Source: Catajapyx aquilonaris (Eukaryota). From it: a stretch of DNA of 61,598 nt. The position numbers and the translations under genes are program-made. The notes beneath the pieces are model-generated. The model saw nothing but the letters and a program-made list of their open reading frames with translations. It made no database searches and was not told the origin of the DNA. This document shows positions 51,572 to 61,598 of this stretch, piece after piece; the stretch's first letter is position 1, and each line of letters opens with the position of its first letter. The stretch spans positions 1 to 61,598 of the forward strand of contig JYFJ02002181.1 of the NCBI GenBank assembly GCA_000934665.2. Reading direction: 5' to 3'.

Positions 51572-54500
51572 TTAAAGGACTGTATATTTCTTAACATTTT
51601 CTCCCAAATCCTCACCCCTTGTTTACGTTTCATTTCCTCGTTTGTTCCGGCCCCAGTCACGGCTAAATGAATAGGTGCATTTTTATTTCAGTTCATCACG
51701 ATGCACTCACTTTTGTAAATAAGGCGAGCCTGTGCTGGCAATCGATTACTTTTATCACTTGCATCTGGCTAAGCAAACTAGCCGAATTCAAGCGCGACAT
51801 GGCCGCAACAATTTAAATGATCATAAAGCGTGGCAAACTCATTCGCATCAGTTCCGGTAGTTTTCCAATTTTTCTTTTTGTGTACACAAAAATATCCATA
51901 ATTTCTGTCGCGCCATATTAGTACTCTAGGCTACGTTTTATTAAATGACAAACGCGTTCATTTCGTTAATTAAATTTATCTCCCGCCCAACTGCTTTGTT
52001 GCGCTCCGTTAAATCAAACCTTTTTCGGAGGCAAAAATCCCATGACATATAGCAGTGTGGCTAAAAAGAGAGGTGCCCATACACTGTACTGGCTAACATA
52101 GAAATAAATCGTCGCTATTGTCGCGGATATGAGCCAAACCGAATTGATTTGACACCGAATAATAATCTTTCATAAATAAAGAGGCAGGGGGGTGACGAGG
52201 GGATGGGGGAACTACCCAAAAGACATATGTCCACCATTCCTGCGTCTGATCCATTACACGGTCCCCTGATGTTGCACATTGGGACTTGTCATCATGGGTG
52301 TGACCAATGGGAAAACTGACCGTGGAATTCGTGACGTTTTGTACCAAATGTCTTTTATACTGACACACACACAACCATCACAATTTTATCAATTTCTCAA
52401 AGAGTTCTGATGGTTACACAAGAAAACATATTGACACATAACGCCTTTATGACCCCTATACTCTTTTAGCTCCTGTGTCACTAATTCCCTATTCATGATT
52501 AGGCCTACTAAAATTGGCCGATATTTCTGCATTTGTTTCTAGACCGAATTTGTTTTCTGGCTAACTTTGACCTTACATTCCCCCGTGAAAAGTGGCATCC
52601 CCAATTAGAACCTCAGTTTCTGAAGTCCCAGTCGAGCAAGCCTACCCAGACGTGCACCAGCCCACCCCACCCTACCTACCCTAGAGACTGCAACAAAGGG
52701 TTTTCCAAACAGGGTTGGTCGTTGTCCGGTCGAGCACGAAAAAGGCTGTTGTCTGTTCCCTGCACGCTAAGGTGCCCCCCCCCCCCCCNTTTTTAAGCTA
52801 AAAAGGGGTAAACGTATATAGGGAAATGATGCTCTCTCCCTCTCCGTTTGCTGCTGTCTCTTTTATCCCAGAGGACATCCGCCCTTGCAGGGCCCCAGTT
52901 GTCAATACAAATTGAATCAGACCGGCTCCGAGCACCTAATCCCCATCCAACCAGCTTTGTCCGACTAATTCCGTAGCGATTGGCCATTCTCCAAGATTGA
53001 TATCCTCCTATCCCCCCCCCCCCCCAAGCCCCTCCTCTCTATCTCCCTTTACGACGCCAGGCATACCACCTACCGACTTTAGACTCTTTACATCACAAAC
53101 CGGACAACAGACTACCTTAGAGGAAGCCTCCAGTCCTGTTCTCCTAAAGCAGCTTTTTTTTTTACGCAAAATCGCGCTTTGACAGCTCCCTCCTATAACT
53201 GTCGCGGAGGAGCTGTAACAGCGCGAAAAAGCTGCTTTGGGAACAGGCCTTAACGTTGGCGTCAAGTTGTTGGGAATAGGATGGAACTAACCTGTTAATG
53301 TAAAGGAGAAAAAATCTGAAATATTACAGTTTAAAGTCTGACATATTGCTTTTCTATACACTATCTTATGTCATTACTAGCTGCGGCATCCGGCGTTGCC
53401 CGGGAAGAGATGAATGAAGGGAAAACACCTGCCAGTACCCCCGTCAACTGTCTGTCTTTCTGTGTGTCCGCCCACCAATGCCATCTGTGGTCCTGCTATT
53501 CCAACACCTTGAACCTCTCCCGCCTGTATAACGGCAACCGTCATTTGCATGCCATCTGTAGTCAACCCCCCAACACCTCCATCCTCTCCCGGCCTTCTTC
53601 AAGAAATGCAGCAGAGCGTCCAAAGATATTTTCTAAAAATTAAGAAATTAAAAATGTATGTGGGTAAAACCCTATTAATCAACGCCAAAATAATTGAGAA
53701 GAGAAATGCATGAAATGCAAATATACTTCCATATTTTACTGGTACGGTACGCGAAATGTTTATACCACTACTACTATACTCAGATTAGTGTTGTAAAGGA
53801 TTAGGAAAAAACGAATTTTTGGGAAAAAAAGCATTTTTCGTTTTTTTTCTACGGTTACAGAAAATTTGCAAATTTGGGCTTTTAAAAAAATACCCGCAAC
53901 ACCATTTACGTAAAGAAACCTTTTCATTTTGTAACAAGCGAGGTTTAACAATAACATAAGTCATTTTGTTATTGGTTTTTATTCATAACGATATTTCATT
54001 GGAAACTGTACAGTTTGTGTATGGTCAAACTAATCGGGTTTGTACTCTGAAGTACTGGTAGGTCTAATTAAAACGTGTTATCATGTAGGATAATTTTTGA
54101 TCCAAATCCTCAAAAAATGACTGCAAAATATGCCCCTAGCTATATTTTGAATCGCAAAGAATATTATCTTGACTTATATCTTTTGCGTGAACAGCACGGT
54201 GTGAGCCATAACAATAAATATTCATCCGTGCAATGCAGCAGCAACACAGCTGGCTTTCCTCCCTGTAATATTATAATCCCCGCTTACAGTTGCACAATGA
54301 GAATCATCATAGGAGATTAACACCACCTTGCCATATTTACAGTTCAGAAGGCCTTTTTTTAACGTTCGCAAAGCTATTTAATTGGGACATGCCAGACGCA
54401 ATTTACGGGCCTTGATATTAAGGCACTCCCTTTTTTTTGTAGTCGATCGTGTAATCACGTGATGCAATGCAATTTACATTCTAGGCTACAAATAATAAGA

Positions 54501-55618
54501 ATAATGCCGACCCGTTAATGGTTGCTACACCGTATATCAAAATATCTGAAAAATTTCCCGGCTCTTTACACATCCCGAGTTTTCTCCGGGCTTTTTGCAA
54601 ATTCCGGGCACGGCTTAGAGTGATAAAAATCCAGGCAGGGAAATACCCGCACATTCCCTAGCCTCCATTCCTCATATGAATCGCACATGCATTATTCACG
54701 CATTCATTCGCATCCAAATCACCCGACATGAGGTCCTTCCCAGAGCCAAATACATCGGACCGTTTGATCTCGTTTACATTTTTTTCTCTCTCTCTCTCAA
54801 CACAGTTCGCCTTCAAAAGTGCCCCATTGCACTTTGATTTTGTAGCCAATATGGGTGGTGAAATATTCAGGGTCTGCTCTTTTTCCTCACTCGATAGCCC
54901 CCACTAGTCCCTGATATATTGTTCCCAATCTCAGTTTTCTCTCAAAAGACTTCATCATTCCGACCGTCCCGATTGGTCCTCACACATACATGTCCGATGA
55001 TTTATGTGCTGTTTTTTTTTGTTGTACATGGAGTATTATACTGAGAGGATGGTTTTAGTTCAAACGATACGTCCGCAGTCATCCAACATGTACGTACAGT
55101 GGGGTACAAAATTGCATTACCAGGTGGGGGTATAACAGCACGGCACAGGTATGTTGTGCTGTTTATTTATTAATACTTTCAGCAATTACGTAATGCGTGG
55201 TCTTGCATTTTTCACTATTATTATCGCCGTTGTGTAACACTTTTAATTTATGCAACATTCATATAACCGGAATCAGTGTTTTTATTATTTATTATACTAG
55301 TGCCAACGGCCATCGTCCATGTTGCATGCAGAAACGAATTCGCAATTATTGAAGGTGACGCCACAAGGTGCTATTTATTATACCAATCGAAGTTTACAAC
55401 ACAGGCCATAACTTGAAGGCTTGTTTGCAATATGTACAAATCATGTCAAGCCCTGCTGCATATTGTGCAAAAGTTAACCTCATGCATTATGAAAAGTCCA
55501 ATGCTAAAAAATGCATTATGCAAAATCAGGCGACCATTAATAGCACATGTGCGGAAAAATACACCACGCATTTTTAAATACGAAATGTCTGAAATTCAAT
55601 GTTCATGAAAAATACCTG

Positions 55619-55621
<3 letters not shown>

Positions 55622-55670
<49 letters not shown>
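55622..55670. repeat. (TTA)n microsatellite
   Basis: Read directly from the sequence. Confidence 0.97.
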
Positions 55671-55789
55671 GTGGTCATACGAGGATATTAAGGACCTCAA
55701 CCTCAATATCCGCTGGCAACCCCATATCTGTTTGGGAAACGCCGTGAAGATGATTATTATTACTATTATTTTATTATTCTTTTAATTTA

Positions 55790-55970
55790 AAAAAATTAAC
55801 ACCCCGTGATAGGGCGGAGCTCTCTTAGGGGGGTAGGGGAGGTTCCCAAGGGAGGGCGCTGTAATTTTTAGTCATTTCTGACTATGTGAAATACACCAGA
55901 CCTTTTCTCCTGATCCTGGGCAGAGTAGGGAGTGCAATTTTGCCCCGGCATGTCGGGTGAAAAGCGTAAA
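55790..55970 (-). mobile_element. SINE family 2, 5'-truncated copy
   Basis: Aligns by eye to about 18590-18745 (GGCGGAGC.CTCTTAGGGG...GTCATTTCTGACT.TGTGAAATACACCAGACCTTTTCTCCTG...GGGCAGAGTAGGGAGTGCAATT). The tRNA head is missing. Confidence 0.85.
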
Positions 55971-57704
55971 TACCAGTTATTTGGATTGCACATTGTGGAT
56001 TAAATTAATATGGTCCCTCTCCTTATTCCACATTTAAAATGAAACTTCGCGTCGTTGTGAATGGCACTTGGGAAGAGAGCCTTAAATCGACTTAAATCAT
56101 TGATTAGTAACCACTGGGCACCACCCTCCAAAAAATCCTTTGTGGATATCTAGTTGCTCTATCCTCCCCTCTTTCCCTCCCTCCCTCCCTAACCCCATCC
56201 ACCTAGGGGATGGAGGGGTGGAATTGGGTAAGTGCAAAACCGGGTTTCGTTAGCCCTGCAATTTTCTTTCATTCTTTACCCGTATCCGCGAGCCGGCGGG
56301 TAAAGTGTCAATGTTGTCAGGCTAATAAGAGCCATTATCTTCTATTACTTGGGCCTGTAAATAATGCAGCCGTGTGTACATTATCGGGGTCAACTTTGCC
56401 AACCTCAGCCCCAGCCTTATTGTCAGAAGTGAACTCGCAACTCTAATTGCTTCCAACTGCCATGTTTAGTCGCGTTGGAGCTTTCATGCATTTTGCAGTA
56501 GACCCGCTGTATAATTCATTGCCTTACGGCGGTGTCATCAGACAAGGACACAAATCTCGTCTTACTAAACCATTAAGCCGGTGTTGGGATTGCGGCACGA
56601 AGCTATCCCGACCAGCTTGCCCGGATTTTTTTTTTTTTACTCCCCCGGAAACCTCCCTACCTTTTTTTTTTTTTGTTTTTTGTTTTTTTTTGGGATTCCA
56701 CCTGGTGCTGATTTCAAATGGAAGGAGATTTACCAACCAGGATTTCGTCGTCCCGGAAACCGACAAGCCCGCAGTGCCTAATTTTATGTTTGGCCGGATA
56801 TACGAGACAGGTTGCCTATCACTGTTTACGGCCGTGGAAAACCACTCTTCGTGGATCCGGAATCGTCACCTGGACAAATTATTTAGATCTCTCGGGCTAC
56901 GGGATGGGGATAGACTGGCTGCGGAGGAAAATGGGGAGGCTCATTCAAATAGAGTTCTTGGAAATTGAATTTTCAATTGATGATGCACTTGGTTATTTTT
57001 GTGGAGGCTGTGCAACAATCTGCGACTTGTCTGAAAACGTGAAACACTTTCAGGCAGTATGACCGAAAAGTGCATGCCGATATACGTAAGAAATTAATGA
57101 AAATAAAGTTAAAGAATTCCAGCCGTATCGATTTTGAAATAAGACTATTTGAAAACCGTGACTCATTTGGGTGGGGTGCCTCATTATAACCCTTGCATCT
57201 GGTAACGTAATTAATGTGTGCATGCGGCCACAGATGACGCCATCACCAGCCAAGATCTTTGCTTTTCTTATCTAACCAAGAAATTATGACAATATTTCAT
57301 CATTAAAGCAATGGCTTTAATAAATAACGCATTTTATTAATCATCATGAAACATGGAATTATAGGCCTCTTTATAAAATCAAAAGGGCAAGGTATGTTGT
57401 CTTATTACGCACATTTTTTTATATCCTTATTATATTAACGTAACCTACACATCATATGCGCAGTATAGCTATATTGCATAAATATGTAAAAGTATGCCTG
57501 AATATTTTACTTGTAGCACCCATATCGTTTAGTGGGGGAAAACAATACCATACGATTGGTGCTACTGAATGATTCCGACAAGCCATTTGCACTTTATGTA
57601 GAGGTGTCATTTGGTCTCTGCAGCCTCGTTACTGAAATATCGCATTTATTCGAATCTCAGTCGCAACCGTAAGTAGTCACATGATAGCTATGGAAGAATG
57701 CTTT

Positions 57705-57772
57705 GTGTATAAGACGCACCCCATTTTTAACATATTGTTATATAGCCAAAAGGTGTGTCTTAAATTCGAGTA
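57705..57772. mobile_element. Degenerate Tc2/pogo-like MITE remnant
   Basis: Inverted pair TATAAGACGCACC ... GGTGTGTCTTAAATTCGAG resembles the TATAAGACGCAC inner TIR motif of Tc2-type non-autonomous elements. Confidence 0.4.
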
Positions 57773-58819
57773 GCATTATTCATCATACTGGAAAGTTTGT
57801 ATCCAATCCGTGATCCAATCACAAGTGAAGTGCATTTGAAAGTAGACACGTTCTGTGAGCCTGTGTGGTATATAGTACTGTACAATGGGGGATCAGCAGT
57901 GTTAATTAACACTAGATGGTAATATTTCAACGCCAAATTTAATTGTCATCACAGTAATGAACCCCCCTTTAAAAACTGTTCTAAGTGACGCCCACTAACA
58001 GGTAGTACGCTGGCGTGCAGATGCTTACCACCGACTGCAGCACTTGCTCGAAAATCCTGTCATCAGCCGGTACTGCCACGCTGTAGACAGTGTAGACTGT
58101 AGAGGAAGGTACACAACTGTAACGCACTTCCGCGAACACTCGCAAACACTGCTGAAACGGTCATCCAACACGTCCTTCTGTAAACTTGTGATTCTCGCAA
58201 TGTACGTACACCCATCTCTATACTCACTGTCGTACTCACGGTCGTACTCCATGGTGTAGCCTATTAAACTGTCCAATGCGGGTAGGCAAGACTGAATACC
58301 AATATAATTATGTTATCAGCCCAAGGAAAACGCCAAATATGGACTAGTAGAGATTGTAAAATGCGTACCACAGATGATCGACGCACCAAAAGGGTGTCAT
58401 GATCCAGAAGGATTGTTCTCGATTATCTTTTATTGTCCGTCATTTAAATTAATTAAAGATTGTCATTCAGCTGAAGCAACATACTGATCATACCAATTAC
58501 GGGAGTAAGTTATGTACCCTGTAAGTACAATAGTGTCAGATCAGCACTGTACAGTCCAGAAGTGTTTGAACTTACATGTAATAATGAGAAAGTCGCACTA
58601 CAACCTTAACACGTAAGATTCACTTACGACACAACCAAATGTAATGGTCGGACAGTGGACACCTGGTAGCAAGTCAGGTCAACTGCAGAGGGAGTTTCTA
58701 CTGGACAAAAAAAAAGTTTGCACTATAAATATTAAAATTATTCGCTAACCTGGTTAAAGTAGGGGTCTGAACTCTCAAACAATAACATAAACATCAGATC
58801 TGGTGGACAGGGAGAGTGC

Positions 58820-58911
58820 CGTATATCAGGATAGTCCGTACCGGGATCGAACCTGGGATTTTTCAAATGGCTGTCTCAATGCCTAACCACTATAGACTAG
58901 ATCGCCTCGGT
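58820..58911 (-). mobile_element. Degenerate tRNA-derived SINE head
   Basis: Minus strand reads ACCGAGGCGATCTAGTCTATAGTGGTTAGG...CCCAGGTTCGATCCCGGTACGG (A- and B-box-like). No tail or TSD was recognised. Confidence 0.5.
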
Positions 58912-59015
58912 ATTTCACAAGCATCTTTACTCAGCCGTACTGTTGGGACCGATTGGGATGCTACTCCATTGAAGCTCAAATGTCACATGTATAACGCACC
59001 AATAACTACTGGATC

Positions 59016-59163
59016 CAAGGGGGTAACCACTCGACTGAAAAGTGTACACTGGAGTACCAAATGCAAGGAGTACCTAGGAGTAATAAAGAGTGAGGTACCT
59101 AAGGAGTACCAGGGAGTACCACTCGCAAGTGTACACCGGAGTACCGAAGTGATTACCCCCTTG
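59016..59163. mobile_element. 148-bp MITE with 8-bp TSD (P- or hAT-superfamily-like)
   Basis: TIR CAAGGGGGTAACCAC / GTGATTACCCCCTTG (14/15 match). Perfect TSD ACTGGATC at 59008-59015 and 59164-59171. The interior is rich in GGAGTACC repeats. Confidence 0.85.
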
Positions 59164-61396
59164 ACTGGATCAGCACTTAGTAATAAATTTTGCACTTGAA
59201 GTATAATGGAAATAATGAAAGCTTTCTAATTACGCGATGAATTTGTCTGTGTTCATAGGACAATATTGTCACTGTAGAATCTGAATGGCCAATTGAAGAG
59301 AATATTGTAAAAATTATTTATCAAATGCTTATTTCTCACATATTCATACAAACACTTCACTAAATTTTATGTGGCACACGACACACACTTTCTTACGAAT
59401 TGAGGATGGAATAGTAATTTTAGAACAAGTGATTATAGTCCTTGTTATTCCTTGTTGGTAACAATATTCTAAACAATTTAATTACAAGGATCAACCACTT
59501 GCTCCGGATTTATCATTGATCTTGCACTCCAGCCTAAGTCATCATAAATCATGGACTAACTGTGTCTTAAAATCTGTCGAAACAAAAATCACGTGACAGT
59601 TATAGGCCTCGAGAAGTTGTCTTGCAGATCAATGTCCTTATTTTACAGATCATATTGTACCACCTGACAGGGGATGTTTCTCCATATGACAGTTTACCTG
59701 TCCAAATATTACTATTATTTTACTGTATAGGTTAAATTCCTCTTTGTGAGAGTTGTAGTCTACGATTAATGGAGATTCCGTATTTTTATAGTCCAAACGT
59801 TACATGGGGAGACAATTCCATGTTATTTTGAGTTCTCCTGTAGCGAATGTCCCCGCACAAAGGGTATGGCTTATTACGGGTAAATGAAATAAATAGGAGA
59901 ATGACAAGTAGTATAATACGCGTGACAGCTGCGTAGGAAGTCAACATAATAATAGTATTTGTTACATTTCCGACTCACTAAAAGGCTAAAAACATTTTTC
60001 GTTGCAAGAAGGAAGTTTTAAATGCCACCATAACATTCAATTTGAACTGTCGAAAAAGTCCATGATTGCATCCTCATCAGAGTTCTTTGGCCCGTGGTTA
60101 CCCAAATATTGTGTGTTTTCTGTAACCTTCTGCATGATACATTCTTCACCACTGTTAGACTAGTTGATGATTTTGTTAGCGCTTGTTTCAGGAAAGTTAT
60201 GTAAGTATAAATTACTCAATGATTGTTGCAATTTTAAATACCTTTCGTGTGGCAAGTAGCTATTTACACTTCCCCCTTTTCTATATTTTGTCATGCGTTC
60301 ATCCTATTTGCTATGATTTCTTTTTAACGAGTGCGCTCTCATTTTTCGCACTTTCAGTTATGCGGTTTCATTGTAATAATCGTGCCATATCCATTCTTTT
60401 CAATACCGAGGTAAGGGCCCCCAATGCTGTGAAAAGGCCAGAATTATTCACGTAATGTCTCCTTTCCCCTGACTGAAGACGACAGAAAAAGTATTCAGGT
60501 ATTTCAGTCTCCAAATCGGGACATAATTTCAGTGTCCTTTTTGGAGCTGCTCGAGCAAACATAGTTGGTTTTATGTAAACTTTTGCTTGTACGAGCTGTG
60601 TCGCTTTGACCTGCTTTTTCTGGACCTATTCATGTTCCATACGTTCCTGTTCCCTCTTTCTCCTTTCCTTATACCTGCTATCCTCATTCCTGGAGCTCTG
60701 ATGGGCGAGGTGGGCACAGGCTAATTGGATTTGGCCGCGCAGAAAAGAACCCTGTGCGTGTTCCTTGCAACAGAGCAAGAGGACCGCCCTGGTGCTTTGT
60801 CTGCTGGCAGCCAAGGACCCCCCCTCTTCCCTATCCCCATCTTCCCTCCTTCTTCCCCCCCATCCCCTGATGTGGCCGAATGCAAAAGCCCCCCTTCTCC
60901 CTCCCACCCGTCCTACCTATCTCTGACCATCCCCATCTTCACCGCCGCCACGGGGAACATCCGACTCCACTTATCAAATATTCACACCGTTTACGACCAC
61001 TAATGTTTGTCATTGGACTTTCCTCTCCCTTCCTTAGCACAGGGCAGCCATGTTGAGGGAGGAACGGCCACTTTTGGACACTGTAAGGAAACGAAGGAAC
61101 CATAGCTGCTGGAGAGGTAAGGGAGGAAGAACAAAAAAAAGTCAGACCCCACCCCCACCTTTCTTTGGAGAATAAGCCGCAAAGGCTGATGGGATGGCGA
61201 GGGAAGGCTTGGGGGAGGAATCGCACTTGACTCGAAGTTGTCGGTGCTGCCAACACAGATTACTTATTCATGGAAGGTTGCTAGTCTTTTTTACTAGCGT
61301 CTCACCTCACTATGCACAAGGTCGCGTTTGAGGCCATTGAGTACTTCAAGTTAGCTGAGGGGAAAGATTCAAAAATGACGTTAATGTTCACCTTAA

Positions 61397-61598
61397 AGGG
61401 ACACTCCACTCAAAAAAACAAGTTTGGCTCTAAAAATCGGGCAAAAAATTCCGAATCCGAAGGTGCAATCCGTTTTTCGCTATAGTGGAAGCGGTACGTG
61501 AAAAAAAACCTGCATTTAATGATGAAAGCAAACCGCTTTGCAGAGTGATACCTTAGACCCTTTGAATTGATTTCACCCGAGGAACCGGAAGATTTATC
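61397..61598. mobile_element. Probable left end of a Kolobok/T2-type non-autonomous DNA transposon (runs off the window)
   Basis: TTAA|AGGGACACTCCAC matches the TTAA-AGGR terminus typical of Kolobok/T2 MITEs. The other end is not in the window. Confidence 0.45.

Noticed and set aside
56060..56082. miR-263/miR-183-like sequence AATGGCACTTGGGAAGA (also TATGGCACTG at 23031)
   Set aside because: The match is limited to the seed-proximal bases, and no precursor hairpin was seen.
119..61256. Remaining short ORFs in the six-frame track, including 31072-31620, 41130-41603 and 56447-56968
   Set aside because: They are low-complexity Pro/Gly/Phe-rich translations of C, G and T runs or of repeats. No transposase, RT or other domain was recognised.
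1..61598. Prokaryotic-type systems (CRISPR, operons, defence islands)
   Set aside because: A spliced gene, SINEs and MITEs, microsatellites and very low coding density show a metazoan nuclear locus. No repeat-spacer array is present.

Overview
This is animal genomic DNA, most likely from an arthropod, and it is almost entirely non-coding. It contains one recognisable protein-coding gene on the + strand: a class IV POU transcription factor (POU4/Brn-3/acj6/unc-86 family). A phase-0 exon at 21564-21767 carries the POU-IV-box segment GDLFSGLNDGLLSRAEALAAVD. A terminal exon at 27435-28145 carries an uninterrupted POU-specific domain, linker and homeodomain. The expected first coding exon was not found and probably lies upstream of the window. 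A well-formed 36-nt candidate micro-exon sits at 12734-12769. The rest is intron or gene desert, containing two families of tRNA-derived SINEs (four copies with clean TSDs), several MITE types (Tc1/mariner-, P-, hAT- and Kolobok-like), foldback elements, a 12-bp minisatellite, microsatellites and recurrent G/C-run-rich islands that may be cis-regulatory. No new protein-coding system is evident. The best leads are (i) SINEs with exchangeable 3' tails that keep a common stem-loop despite different sequences, (ii) a triple SINE insertion nested in a foldback element inside the presumed POU4 intron, (iii) candidate micro-exon and alternative splicing of the POU-IV box, and (iv) candidate POU4 autoregulatory sites and MITE-borne CRE sites.
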